DNA of 64,000 nt from an uncultured delta proteobacterium (GTDB lineage Bacteria > Myxococcota_A > Polyangia > Fen-1088), in NCBI GenBank assembly GCA_963796685.1, contig CAWCMR010000025.1:1952001-2016000 (forward strand), given 5' to 3'. This document shows positions 1 through 10,305 of the stretch, one piece after another. Numbering within the stretch: the first letter of the stretch is position 1; each line of letters begins with the position of its first letter. The notes below the pieces were generated by a model. It was not told where the DNA came from, did not search any database, and saw nothing but the letters and a program-made list of their open reading frames with translations. The position numbers were made by a program, and so were the translations under genes.

Positions 1-1609
1 GCTGCAGGTTGATGCCCTCAGAAAGACAGTCGGTGGCGATGAGCAGCCGGCCGTGCTCAGCCTCGGCGAATTCTTCAACCTTTGACTCACGTTCCTCGGA
101 TGGCATCACACCGGTGATGACCTCGACCTTTGCTTTGCCAAATCGGCTTTTGAGGTGGTCGCCGAGGTAGTGGGCGGTGGCGATATAACGGCAAAAAACG
201 ATGGGGTTGAATCCGTCGTCGAGCAGCTTGCCGAGATGCTCGGTCAGAAGCTTCAGCTTGGGGTCGCCCGCCTGTCCGGCCAGGTGCTCAGCCTGATCGA
301 TGAGTTTTGCCAGAGCTGGATCGTCCGCGGCTGCGGGGGGCTCGACGTCGTCATCGGGTAGCGAGTCGCTGGTGCCGTCGAATAGGCGGTCGCTCAAGGA
401 TTCTTCGTCGAGGGCCTCGTCGTCGAGGCCGGCGCGCGAGCGCAGGGCCTGGCGGGCAGCGGCGGGGCTGGAGGCCACACAGCGCATGAGCGCCAGGGTG
501 CCCCAGAAGTTGAGACGCTGGCGGCGCTCGTCCGGTCCGGCGCGCCCGACCACGTCGGCACAGTAATCCAGAACGGAGCCGAAGAATTTCTCCCATGCGC
601 CGGTCAGCCGATAGGTCAGCTCTTTGGTCTCGCGGCGAGCAAAAAGCTTGCCCTCTTGCCATTCCGAGATATCGGGACGGCGGCGCTGGACGAAATGCTG
701 GGACAGGCGGTCGCGTAGCCGCACACGGTCGTCCCCCGTCGCGGCCGCGAGGTTCGCGAAATCCCGATCGAGCAAACCGAGCAGCCGAAAGAACGCCTCC
801 TCGTCGCCACTGTGAGGGGTCGCGGTGAGCAGGACCATGTGGCGGCTGGGCGAGTCCGCCAGCGCACGCAACAGCTCGTGCCGCTGGTGGCGGCCCTGGC
901 CCGTAGACGCACAGGTGTGGGCCTCGTCGACGATGACGAAGTCCGGACAGGTCTGCAGAAAGAAGTGCCGGCGCGCCTCGCTCTTGATGTAGTCGAGGCT
1001 GACGACGGTGTGGTGGAAAGCTGTGAAGATGCTCTCGCCGGGTGGGATGCCGTTCTCGAGACGCTTGGCATTGGCAGCGGTCACGCCCACGGCGTGAATG
1101 TGGAAGTGCACATCCAGCTCGCGCACCCATTGCTCTACGAGATGCGGGGGACAGAGCACGGACGTGCGATCAATTTCGCCGCGGTCGAGCAGCTCGCGCG
1201 CAATCAGCGCACCCTCGATGGTCTTGCCCACGCCGACGTCGTCGGCGATCAGCAATCGCACGGTGTCCTGCTTGAGAGCCATCAGGAGCGGCACGAGCTG
1301 GTAGGCGCGCGGCTCGACGCTGATCTGGCCGAAGCTGCGGAAGGGGCCTGCGCCCCGGCGGAGCGAGAGCAGCAAGGCATCGCGCAGCAGGAGTGCGGCG
1401 TCTTGGCTGCCTTGCTGATCAAGCCGGGGAGGCGGAAAGTTGGCATCGCTGATCGGCTCGGTTTCGAGCCCAAGGTGGATGAGGGTCTGGTCGTCTTCTG
1501 ACCCAGTGACGGGCCGGACGTGCAAGACTTCCGCGTCGCTGCCCGCCATGACGATCCACTCGCGGCCACGTGCGAGAACCAGGCTGCCGGGGCCCCAGGT
1601 GGCGCTCAT
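1..1609 (-). CDS. SNF2/RapA-family helicase, DrmD-like (runs off the window start; not in the ORF track)
   Basis: Manual translation from ATG at 1609: MSATWGPGSLVLARGREW...; motifs EPRAYQL, LLIADDVGVGKT (Walker A), VIVDEAH, LLTATPHSG, LLIATDCLSEGINLQ. ATG overlaps the TGA of the upstream helicase (ATGA at 1606-1609). Confidence 0.88.
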   Translation of the reverse strand, partial: MSATWGPGSLVLARGREWIVMAGSDAEVLHVRPVTGSEDDQTLIHLGLETEPISDANFPPPRLDQQGSQDAALLLRDALLLSLRRGAGPFRSFGQISVEPRAYQLVPLLMALKQDTVRLLIADDVGVGKTIEGALIARELLDRGEIDRTSVLCPPHLVEQWVRELDVHFHIHAVGVTAANAKRLENGIPPGESIFTAFHHTVVSLDYIKSEARRHFFLQTCPDFVIVDEAHTCASTGQGRHQRHELLRALADSPSRHMVLLTATPHSGDEEAFFRLLGLLDRDFANLAAATGDDRVRLRDRLSQHFVQRRRPDISEWQEGKLFARRETKELTYRLTGAWEKFFGSVLDYCADVVGRAGPDERRQRLNFWGTLALMRCVASSPAAARQALRSRAGLDDEALDEESLSDRLFDGTSDSLPDDDVEPPAAADDPALAKLIDQAEHLAGQAGDPKLKLLTEHLGKLLDDGFNPIVFCRYIATAHYLGDHLKSRFGKAKVEVITGVMPSEERESKVEEFAEAEHGRLLIATDCLSEGINLQ

Positions 1610-4600
1610 TGCGGCTTACCCAACGCGGCAGAAAGGCGGCGGAAGGGCTCAGCCCATGTGGACTCGGGACCGTCGAATGCGATCAGCTCGAAGCCGCGGG
1701 ACACAAGGGCGGTTGTGACCGCTTCTGCGGGCCGGCCGAGGATTGCGGCTACGTAGTGTGTTCGCCAGACGAGGGTTAGCCTCGTGTCTCCGACCACCAG
1801 CGGTTCAGTATCCGGAGCGGGCAGCTCCCTCGTGCGCGCGAGATCGATCCACCGCGCCAGACCGGGATCCGCGGGCGCGGGGGCGGCGGCTACTACCGGT
1901 GGATTCTCCAGAACGTTGGTGCGCGAACGAGCGAGCCTGAGCAGAAACTCGCGCGCCTGCTGGTCGCGGCGGTCGAGAAGCTCGTGGTCAGGCTGGTTGT
2001 AGTACGACATCAGGCACTTGTAGCAGGCAGCGACGCAGGCCGTACCTGGGGCGTCGGCCAGCAGCCTCTCCTCGGCGGGGGCACGTGAGCGATCCTCGAT
2101 ATCGAAGTGCATGATCTCGAGCGCCTTCCATGCGACCTCGGCCAGAGCAGTGGGCTCGGCCACCAGGCGGGTGAGCACGCCCGCGCCACCCTCGGTGGCT
2201 TCGTAGAGCAGGAAGCTGCTCCGCTCGTCCCGCGCCGGCATGGGCTCGGCCAGGACTTCCCCGGATTCAAGCTGGAAGACCAACTCGACACCGCGAAGGA
2301 GCGCGTGCTGAATCGTGGCCAGTGCCTTCGGGCTGGCGTCCTCGAGGTGTGGGCGCAGCAAGAGCGCGTTCTTGTGGTCGCGCACGCAGGGAACGATCCA
2401 CTGGCGCGGCTTGGCCGTGGGATCGGGCTGGTCGTCGCCGTCGTCCTCGTCTTTCGCCCAGAAACCGTGGATGGGATCGATGCAGAAGCCGAAACGGGTA
2501 CGGTCCGCCCGACGGCGCAGCCCCTTGTTGAGGCGCGTGATGGTCGCGCCGGGGCCGTAGGTCAGGTACGCGACCTCGCCGTCCTGGTCCAGTGCGGCGC
2601 CGCGCCGGACGTCGGGTACGTGGTCGCGCATGGCCCAGACGTAGGTCGTCTGCAGCTCGAAGCCCTGGCGTTTGCGCTCCTCGTCGTTGGCCGTGATCCG
2701 CTCGGCCTGCTGGGTAGCGACGTTCTCGATGCGATAGATGTTGCGAATGACCTCGCCGTCACCAAGAGGTGCCTGGCAGCAATGGCACAGGGAATCGTCG
2801 AGATTGAAGTGGCCGGCCCCGCACTCCTTGCAGATGCGAACGGATTCCACCGGCAAGTTGCTGTCCGCCGTGACGGCCTCACGGCGGCCAAGGGACAGCA
2901 TCGCCCTGACGACGCGATAGGCGCGACCTTCGTGGTACACGAGGCTGCGCGGACCGAACTCGGCCAGAGCCAGAAAGCGCGGTCGCTGTAGGCAAGTCTG
3001 GCGGCCCTTGCCATCGCCGGTCGAGGGGACGAAGGCCATCAGGGGCAGGCGTGGAAAGTTGTAGCCAGGTAGGAAGCCCTCGGTAGCGAGATAGCGGTAG
3101 GTGTAGAAGTCGCTCGACTGGCTGCTGGTGCCCTTCTGCAGGAGGTCGAGCAGCTCCAGCGCCTGCGCGTGCCGGCTTCTGGCGGCGTTCTTCTCTTTCT
3201 GCGGGGCCGAGTAGTCGTCCATCGTCCGGCGAGCAGCATCTCGCTGCATCTCACCCGCCACGAATAGCTCGCGCCAACGCTTGAACGCTTCCTTGAATCG
3301 TTCCAGGGCATTGCCCGCGATGGCCGTGGCGAAGTCGTCGCGGCCGGGATACCAGGGGGCAAGCGCCGGCGTCAGATGTTCACTGAGAAGATCGAGCACA
3401 TGCTTGATGCGTTCGGCGGCCTCTTGCACGACCCGCGGCTCCGCGAGCGGGGCGAGCACCTCAGCCCGCAAGGGGCGGGCTGGATCGTTCAGGACCAAAA
3501 GCTGCGAAATGGCCGCGTCGAGCGGTTGCTCGGTGCAGGCCAACCAAACCGCGTGAAGGTGGCTCTCGACCAGCTCTCGATTGGCAAGGTCCAGCGAGGG
3601 TGGGCGGACCTCGCCGTGCACCATCTCTTTCGGTCGTTGGAAGAAGTACTGGTCGTGCGGGCCCTGGGCCGAGCAGTAGGTGAGGGCGAGCGCGCCCTGG
3701 CCGCTACGGCCAGCACGGCCGCTGCGCTGGGCGTAGTTCGCCGGGGTGGGTGGGACGTTGCGCATGTACACGGCGTTGAGCGCCGCGATGTCCACGCCCA
3801 GCTCCATGGTCGGAGAGCAGAAGAGGACCGGCAAGAAGCGGTTCGCCTCTCGGAGCTCGCGCAGACGCTTCTCGTCGGCGGCCAGCTCGCGCTGCTCTTT
3901 GTCGCCGAACCGGAAACGTTTCTCGCGGATCTCGCGCCGATCGCCATCGACCTGCGCGGTGTGCTCGCGCGCCTCGAACCCAAACAGCGGGTGGCCCGGC
4001 TGCCTGAGCATCTCGGCCAGCGTGGCGTAGAGATCACGGAAGAAGGCGTGTTGGTTGCGCTGCGCGGGCGTCACTTCGGGCGTCGCCGCGCGGAAAACGA
4101 CGGCGTCGGCGTTGAGCCTCCAACCTGTCTGCCCGAACGGTGTGACTTCCTCGGAGACCAGGCCGTGCTTCGAGGCGGCCGCCAGGAGGTTACCCATCAG
4201 CGCATCCAGCTCGGGCGCCTTGATGGCGCGGATTGACCGATCGCCACCCCAGAGCTCGGATGACTTCAGAACACGGCCAAGGGCGCTACGGGACCCGCCT
4301 CGTGCGATGAGATCTTCATCGCGTAGACGAATGTCATCGCGGGCCGGCGCATTCACCATCAACCATCGGGCGGAAGCTGGCTTCTCGTCCGGGCCAAAGC
4401 CCCAAGGAACGCGCAGCCGGTTGTGCGATCGTTCCTGCATCTGGCCGATGGTGATCGTGTCGAGGACCTGGCTGCGAACCGCCATTCCCTTGCGCAGGTG
4501 ATTGAAGATCTGGCAGTAGACGCCGGCTCGGACCTCCGGCGTTGCGTTTCTGAGGATGGCGGGGGCGTCGGCGAACAACCCTTCATCCGCGCACAGGTCC

Positions 4601-6930
4601 TGGAGGCCCAGATAGTCAACCGCGAGCAACCCAAGCTGTTCGAGGTTGGGGTTGGTGAACCGCCAGCCTCGACGCTGGTCGAACCAAACCCGGTAGGCCA
4701 GCACCTGCCGCAGCGTGGATTCGGCTTCTTGCAGATTGAAGCCGCGAAGATCCGGCTCCTGCAGCCACTCGCCGCGAATGGCTGGGCTCGGCCGGTCGAA
4801 ACCCAAGGCAACTTGCTGGGCACTGCCAAGCTGATCGTTGCGCAAGCCGGTGGTCCCGGCCGCCTGGACGGCGCCGAGAAAACCAGCCCGGATCAGACTG
4901 ACGAAGAGGAAATCGTTGAAGTGACCCGACTGCAGAGCCGTGTCCTGACGGTTGTCGGAAAACCCGAGCAGCTTGCGTTTCCATGGATCGAGGCCGGAGT
5001 CCGCGCCGTGCATCCAGCGCAAGGCGCTCGCGACCAGAACCGTGGTGGCCGAGCTGCGACCTTCCGCGGAAAGAGATGCGAGGCGGTTGCGGTCCTTTCC
5101 CGCCCGGCCTTGCGTTGTTCCACAGCGAAGACAGAAGCGGAACTTGCCAGGGAGAAACCACGCTCGGATTCCCGCGCCGATTCTTCCCGTCGGCTCGACG
5201 AAGTACTCGCGCGCCCGAGCCTTGCGATAGGTCGACTTCAGACGTGGGCGCCCCTTCTTGTCGTAGTCGAGCCAGGTTTCGGGATAGTCCTCTTCGTGGT
5301 TCTCGAATTCGAACCCTTCGTCCGCGCCGTGCGGGGTGATGAATCCCAGGATGTCGCGATCGTCGTTTCCGTCCGCCACATCCGCGTCGGCGGCGTCATC
5401 CTCGGGCCGGACGGGGATCGCGTCGTCGATGTCGCGCGAGACGAATATCCTTTCGCCGTTGATGACGGTGAAGCGAACCGGGTGGTACTCATGGCCACAG
5501 TCCCGGCAGAAATGCACCGGGTAGAGACGCTTGTCGTGGGCGCCCGGGAGAAAGACCTGGCCATCCGCCGTGACCACCCGGCGGCCGGGAGCCTCCAGCG
5601 TCGCGAAGGCATTGCCGGCGCCAGAAATGAACTGATGCAGCTTGAAGGCGAAGAAGCTGCGCCCGCTGGCACCGGGTGCGTGGGTGCGCTCGTCTTCCGG
5701 AATGCTCGAGACAAGGAGCAAATCGCGCAGGGCGCGGCGGCAAGCGGCTGGGGTTCGAGAGGAATCCTGGCAGAGTGTTTCGACGGCCTCGGAGACCGTG
5801 AGCGGCTTGGCGCGCACCCACCGCTGGTCAGGATCGGAAAAGCAGATGCCCAGACGAGTTTCGACCCAGACGGCGAGAGGGTGCGTCCGAAGCTGCGCGT
5901 CCGTGATGTTCTGCGGAATCCCGGCATCGACCGCAGGCCCCAGACGCGGGCGCACGGACTCTGGAGTGAGGTCCGGATCCGTGACTCGGTCGAGGGTTTC
6001 GACGACGATATTGCTTTCCGGGATCGCCACAGAGAAGAGCTTCGAAGCCACCTCGGCCACCTTGCGATTCTTGTCGACGAGCGTGCCCTCGCTGGCCATG
6101 GTCGCTGAGGTGCCGATGCACTGTAGCCGCTCGGGCGACAACCTTTCGCGCACTCGGCGCACGAGCAGCGCGACGTCCGCGCCTTGGCGTCCCCGGTAGG
6201 TGTGGAGCTCGTCGAGCACCAGGAAACGCAGCCCGGCGCAGTTGCCGATCACGCGGCGGTCGAGCGCATCCTGACGGGTCATCAGGAGCTCGAGCATCAT
6301 GAAGTTGGTGAGCAGAATGTCCGGCGGGTTCTGCGAGGTCGCCTCTCGCTCGTCGGTGTCTTCCTGGCCCGTGTAGCGCGCGAAGGTGACCGGAGCCGGG
6401 CCCTGGACGTTCTCGACGTACTTCTTCAGCTCCTCTTCCTGGCTATTGGCCAGCGCGTTCATCGGGTAGATGACGATGGCCCGCGTGCGCGGCCGCGGGT
6501 CTTGTCGTCTCTCGGCAAGGACCGCGTTCACGATCGGGATGAAGAAGCAGAGGGATTTCCCGGAGCCGGTGCCCGTGGTGACCACGTAGCTCTGGCCTTG
6601 GGAGGCGAGCGCGATGGCTTGCTGCTGGTGCTTGTAGAGCTCAAGCGGAGCGCCTCGACCTGCACCGGCGGTGGGCTGGCCACGGAAGATGTCCGCACAG
6701 CGCGCATCGAGGGCTCCTTGCTCGACCAGCTTGTCGACCGTCGTCGACCGACGGTAGTTGGGGTTCACCTGGATGAGCGGTTCCGGCCAGTAGCGGTCGC
6801 TCGCGTAGATTGCCTCGACTTGCCGCCGAATGTCCTCGGCATGGATGCTGGTGAAGGATGTCGCGAACTTCTTGTATTCGTCGACGACAAACTCACGCAG
6901 CGAAAAGACGTCCATGCTCTTGAGTGTCAT
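1606..6930 (-). CDS. Large DEAD/DEAH-box SF2 helicase with Zn ribbons and C-terminal DUF1998 (YprA/MrfA-type) domain
   Basis: Motifs TTGTGSGKS, LVLDELH, CSPTMELGVDI, NYAQRSGRAGR; CxxC pairs CRDC, CLRC, CKEC, CHCC; C-terminal CVAACYKCLMSYYNQ. Likely start 6930 or 6915 (MDVFSLREFVVDEY) rather than 7158. Confidence 0.9.
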   Translation of the reverse strand: MTLKSMDVFSLREFVVDEYKKFATSFTSIHAEDIRRQVEAIYASDRYWPEPLIQVNPNYRRSTTVDKLVEQGALDARCADIFRGQPTAGAGRGAPLELYKHQQQAIALASQGQSYVVTTGTGSGKSLCFFIPIVNAVLAERRQDPRPRTRAIVIYPMNALANSQEEELKKYVENVQGPAPVTFARYTGQEDTDEREATSQNPPDILLTNFMMLELLMTRQDALDRRVIGNCAGLRFLVLDELHTYRGRQGADVALLVRRVRERLSPERLQCIGTSATMASEGTLVDKNRKVAEVASKLFSVAIPESNIVVETLDRVTDPDLTPESVRPRLGPAVDAGIPQNITDAQLRTHPLAVWVETRLGICFSDPDQRWVRAKPLTVSEAVETLCQDSSRTPAACRRALRDLLLVSSIPEDERTHAPGASGRSFFAFKLHQFISGAGNAFATLEAPGRRVVTADGQVFLPGAHDKRLYPVHFCRDCGHEYHPVRFTVINGERIFVSRDIDDAIPVRPEDDAADADVADGNDDRDILGFITPHGADEGFEFENHEEDYPETWLDYDKKGRPRLKSTYRKARAREYFVEPTGRIGAGIRAWFLPGKFRFCLRCGTTQGRAGKDRNRLASLSAEGRSSATTVLVASALRWMHGADSGLDPWKRKLLGFSDNRQDTALQSGHFNDFLFVSLIRAGFLGAVQAAGTTGLRNDQLGSAQQVALGFDRPSPAIRGEWLQEPDLRGFNLQEAESTLRQVLAYRVWFDQRRGWRFTNPNLEQLGLLAVDYLGLQDLCADEGLFADAPAILRNATPEVRAGVYCQIFNHLRKGMAVRSQVLDTITIGQMQERSHNRLRVPWGFGPDEKPASARWLMVNAPARDDIRLRDEDLIARGGSRSALGRVLKSSELWGGDRSIRAIKAPELDALMGNLLAAASKHGLVSEEVTPFGQTGWRLNADAVVFRAATPEVTPAQRNQHAFFRDLYATLAEMLRQPGHPLFGFEAREHTAQVDGDRREIREKRFRFGDKEQRELAADEKRLRELREANRFLPVLFCSPTMELGVDIAALNAVYMRNVPPTPANYAQRSGRAGRSGQGALALTYCSAQGPHDQYFFQRPKEMVHGEVRPPSLDLANRELVESHLHAVWLACTEQPLDAAISQLLVLNDPARPLRAEVLAPLAEPRVVQEAAERIKHVLDLLSEHLTPALAPWYPGRDDFATAIAGNALERFKEAFKRWRELFVAGEMQRDAARRTMDDYSAPQKEKNAARSRHAQALELLDLLQKGTSSQSSDFYTYRYLATEGFLPGYNFPRLPLMAFVPSTGDGKGRQTCLQRPRFLALAEFGPRSLVYHEGRAYRVVRAMLSLGRREAVTADSNLPVESVRICKECGAGHFNLDDSLCHCCQAPLGDGEVIRNIYRIENVATQQAERITANDEERKRQGFELQTTYVWAMRDHVPDVRRGAALDQDGEVAYLTYGPGATITRLNKGLRRRADRTRFGFCIDPIHGFWAKDEDDGDDQPDPTAKPRQWIVPCVRDHKNALLLRPHLEDASPKALATIQHALLRGVELVFQLESGEVLAEPMPARDERSSFLLYEATEGGAGVLTRLVAEPTALAEVAWKALEIMHFDIEDRSRAPAEERLLADAPGTACVAACYKCLMSYYNQPDHELLDRRDQQAREFLLRLARSRTNVLENPPVVAAAPAPADPGLARWIDLARTRELPAPDTEPLVVGDTRLTLVWRTHYVAAILGRPAEAVTTALVSRGFELIAFDGPESTWAEPFRRLSAALGKPQ

Positions 6931-7110
6931 GTGGTGACCCTGGTTTCGGCAGACGGTGGGGCGCAGTAGGACCGAGGCGCACACGCGACACCTCAATCGT
7001 GATGAGCGTATCACGGCGGACTGACACGAAGTGCTCGAGTTCGAGACGAGCGTACAATCCATGTCAGACCCGCGCGGTAGGGTTGTGCGGTCAAGGGAGA
7101 AGGCATAGCC

Positions 7111-10100
7111 ATGGCGAACGAACGAACCACAGTGGGCGGTAATGAGGCAACCGGACAAGCGTGGCTGGGACCGCTTGCAGCGGCCCTATCTGCCGACGAA
7201 CCGTTGCTGATCCTGTGCAGGACCGCCGCCTCCAGCCGGGCGGTGTACCGCTTTCTGGCAGAGGTGTCGGCCGGGGGCGGCCGGAAGGGCTACCCGAGCG
7301 TTCGCGTAACCACGCCTGCTGCGCTGATGGGCGAGGCCGCTCCCGGGCGGCTGCGTGCGATGACCGCCGAAGAAGCCCTGGAGGAACTGCCCGAAAGCCA
7401 CCCGTGGCGGGCAAGATTCGAGGGGCGAGCAGGGTTGCGGCGGATGCTTCGCGGACACATGGTGCGGGTACACGAGGCGGCGCTGGCCGGCGTTCCAGTG
7501 GAGAAGCTGCGGCCCGAGATCCGTTCGCTTCTCAAGGCTGGGTGGGCGGCGCCTTCGTACCTCGAAGGGGCGCGGCGGCTGTTGGCGAGGCCGCCGCAGG
7601 AACGCTGCCTGGCCGTGGGTTTTCCGCCGCGAGAGCTCGAAGGTATGGTGGCGCCGCTTGTGCGCGCTTTACTAAGAAGCCTGAACGCGCAGGACGTTGA
7701 GGCAGGTGCGCCAGCCACCGGAAGGCTACCTGCGTGCAAAGTTCCCGATGTCGCTGCCGAGGCGCGCGCGGTGGTGCGAGAGGCGGTTACGGCCTTGGCC
7801 GCGAACCGGCGCGTGCTTGTGTTGGTGGCGAACAGCGACACCGAGGAGCGCGTGCGGGCGGCGCTAGCCCGTAACGGTATCCCAGCTGCCGATGATGCCG
7901 GCGAGCCCCTGCGCCGGCACGCCTTGGCGTCTATCGCGCGACCCCTGCTGCCGCTGTTCTTTTCGCGTGGCGCGGAGCCAGTTGAGGCGGAGTACCTGCT
8001 GCGCGTCCTGACCGATCCGGTGCTGGCGCGCACGGCGCCGGCTGCTGATTCGCAAACGCCGCGGCCAAAGCTGCGCGCATCGGTCAGGCACCTGCGTGAC
8101 ATGATCGTTTCTTGCCGGCGCTCGCGCGCGACCCTGGCCGAGTGGCAGGGCGCGGTCGATGCGATCGTGCAGGACGCGGTCGCCGCCGTCGGTGAGGCCG
8201 ACGATGACAGGCGCGCTGGGGGCGAGCGCCGTCTGGAATCCGCGCAAGTGCTGCAGTCCCGGCTCGCGGAAATGTCCCGTCACGCAGGCGGCGCGGGTAC
8301 GCTGGGCGATCTGCGGAGCTTTTTGGCGGGCGTGGGCCTTGCCGATCCCGAGAACGATCGTCTGGGGCACGCGATCCTGCGTGCGCTGGGGGCATCGTAT
8401 TACCGGCCGGCGACCGAGGATGCGTACGACGAGGCCCTGTCGGGCGCGGTGGGCAGCGGCCGCATCGATCGCGGCGTCGAGATCCTGTCCTACGATGCCT
8501 ACGACGGCCGGCCCGCGGGCATGCTCCTGCTGACCGACTTGCACAACAAGGGGATTTCGCGCGCCCCCGCGCCCGACCCCATTCTGACCGTCGAGGAGCT
8601 GGCTTTCGTCGGCGTGCCGCCCGCGGTGGACCGGGTGCGCGAACGGATCGGAGTTGCGCGCTGGGCAGCGTCCCGAGCGAGTAGCTCCTTGGCGCTGGTT
8701 GCCGCAACGGACAACTCGGGCCGCGCGGTATCTCCACCCCTGGAGCTGGCACTTGGGCCCGTCCGTGACGACAGCCAGGCAAGCTACGGCTTCGGCTTCG
8801 ATCTGCCTGAGCGACGCGACTGTCGCGCTTTCGCCGAGGGCAAAGGGGCGCCGACGGCGCTTGCCATTCAGATCGATGTCGAATGGGCGCGCCAGGGTGC
8901 TTGGTTTGACAAGCCCATCCTGGTGCCCGCAGCGGAGAAGAAGGACAGCATTGTCGAATACCTCGCCCACGATCTGCCGCGCATTTCCGCCGATCTGCTT
9001 CCCTGGCTTGGTCAGCCACAAGCTTATCCGGAGAGCAAGCACGGCCTGCCCGATGGCTTCGTGCTCTCGGCCAGCCGCTGCGCTGGCTTTACGCAATGCC
9101 TGTGGAAGGCGTTCTGCCAGTCGGTGCTGCGTCTGAGGGCGCCCGAAGAGATCGAGGAAGATCTGAGCGCGGCCGAGGTGGGGCAATCGATTCACGCGAC
9201 GATGAAGCAGGCACTGGTGGGGGTATCGCTACTGGTACCCGAGAAGAAGTTGGAGAAGACGCGCGAGGATGTGCGCCAGCGTTTTCAGGTCGCCGTCGGG
9301 CCGGCGATGGATGACAACGCGCCGGGGCTGTCGAGCCAGGCGCTCACGTTGTCCCGCAAGGGGCTGGCAGCGCGCTGGGGACAGTTCTTCGGGAGCTACC
9401 TCGAACGGCGTGTGCGTGAGGTCGAGGAGGCGGCAAGCGGGCTCCGAAAGGGAAGAGTGAAGATCCTCAAGGAGTCGTCGGTGGTCATGGCCGTTGTTGA
9501 TGCCTTGGCCCCGAATCTGGCGAAGTCGCCGCGCAAAGATCTGGCGCGGGCGGTTCTCGAAACCGTGACCGAAGTGGGCAGTGACGTCGATGCCTTCCTT
9601 GCCAGCCCAGGGTTGACCGCGACGATGGCCAAGAAGCACAAGCCAATCATCGAGGCGTCGCTACGGGACAAAAAGACGCGCACGCTGGTCGAGGCCCTGT
9701 GTGACGAGGCCGGTGCGCGACTGGTCGACGCGAGCTACGAGGGAAGTGGCGATCTGATCGTGGTGGCTGGCGAACATCCCTTCGGCGAGATCACGGACAA
9801 GAGCGAGCCCATGTCGCTCAAGCTGGGAAGGGGACTGATACCGGTGCGCGGATCGATCGATCTCGTGCTGCTGCACCGAGGTGCCGATGGGGGCAAGGGG
9901 ACCGCGTACCAGATCGTCGACTTCAAGACCGGCAAGACCGGCAAGTCCGCAAGTCTTGCGGCCACCTCGGTGGTCGAGCCGCAGCTTGCGCTCTACGCAC
10001 TGGCGCTGGAGGCGATGCCGCCCATCGACCGAAAGCATCCAGGGCCCGTGAGGGTGACCGCGGCCGAGCTCGACTATTTGCGCGACAACGTGGCGCAGGT

Positions 10101-10305
10101 GTGGGTCGACGAGCCGCAGAGAAAACACTGGCGCACGGTGCTGGGGGCCGTGCTCGATCATGCGCGTGACGGGTTCTACCCGCCGCTGCCCCATCCGGAT
10201 GGCTGCCCGATGTCAGCGGTGTACAGCGCCTTCTGTGATTTCAGCGAGATCTGCCGTCAGAGGGCCGGTTTCCGATCGGACGCGGGTGAAGAGGAGACGC
10301 CATGA
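7111..10305 (+). CDS. AddB/RexB-like protein: degenerate helicase plus PD-(D/E)XK nuclease with putative Fe-S cluster
   Basis: C-terminal RGSIDLV...IVDFKTG...QLALY RecB-type nuclease motifs; Cys in QCLWKAF and CPM...FCDFSEIC; RBS GGAGAAGG; ATGA overlap with the next gene. Confidence 0.78.
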   Translation: MANERTTVGGNEATGQAWLGPLAAALSADEPLLILCRTAASSRAVYRFLAEVSAGGGRKGYPSVRVTTPAALMGEAAPGRLRAMTAEEALEELPESHPWRARFEGRAGLRRMLRGHMVRVHEAALAGVPVEKLRPEIRSLLKAGWAAPSYLEGARRLLARPPQERCLAVGFPPRELEGMVAPLVRALLRSLNAQDVEAGAPATGRLPACKVPDVAAEARAVVREAVTALAANRRVLVLVANSDTEERVRAALARNGIPAADDAGEPLRRHALASIARPLLPLFFSRGAEPVEAEYLLRVLTDPVLARTAPAADSQTPRPKLRASVRHLRDMIVSCRRSRATLAEWQGAVDAIVQDAVAAVGEADDDRRAGGERRLESAQVLQSRLAEMSRHAGGAGTLGDLRSFLAGVGLADPENDRLGHAILRALGASYYRPATEDAYDEALSGAVGSGRIDRGVEILSYDAYDGRPAGMLLLTDLHNKGISRAPAPDPILTVEELAFVGVPPAVDRVRERIGVARWAASRASSSLALVAATDNSGRAVSPPLELALGPVRDDSQASYGFGFDLPERRDCRAFAEGKGAPTALAIQIDVEWARQGAWFDKPILVPAAEKKDSIVEYLAHDLPRISADLLPWLGQPQAYPESKHGLPDGFVLSASRCAGFTQCLWKAFCQSVLRLRAPEEIEEDLSAAEVGQSIHATMKQALVGVSLLVPEKKLEKTREDVRQRFQVAVGPAMDDNAPGLSSQALTLSRKGLAARWGQFFGSYLERRVREVEEAASGLRKGRVKILKESSVVMAVVDALAPNLAKSPRKDLARAVLETVTEVGSDVDAFLASPGLTATMAKKHKPIIEASLRDKKTRTLVEALCDEAGARLVDASYEGSGDLIVVAGEHPFGEITDKSEPMSLKLGRGLIPVRGSIDLVLLHRGADGGKGTAYQIVDFKTGKTGKSASLAATSVVEPQLALYALALEAMPPIDRKHPGPVRVTAAELDYLRDNVAQVWVDEPQRKHWRTVLGAVLDHARDGFYPPLPHPDGCPMSAVYSAFCDFSEICRQRAGFRSDAGEEETP

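Noticed and set aside
6931-7158. N-terminal extension of the 1850-aa helicase
   Set aside because: Overlaps the divergent promoter and the AddB-like start; protein-like sequence begins at 6930/6915.
7111-10305. Cas4/CRISPR adaptation nuclease
   Set aside because: The nuclease is the C-terminal domain of an AddB-sized protein coupled to an AddA-like gene; no cas1/cas2 or array.
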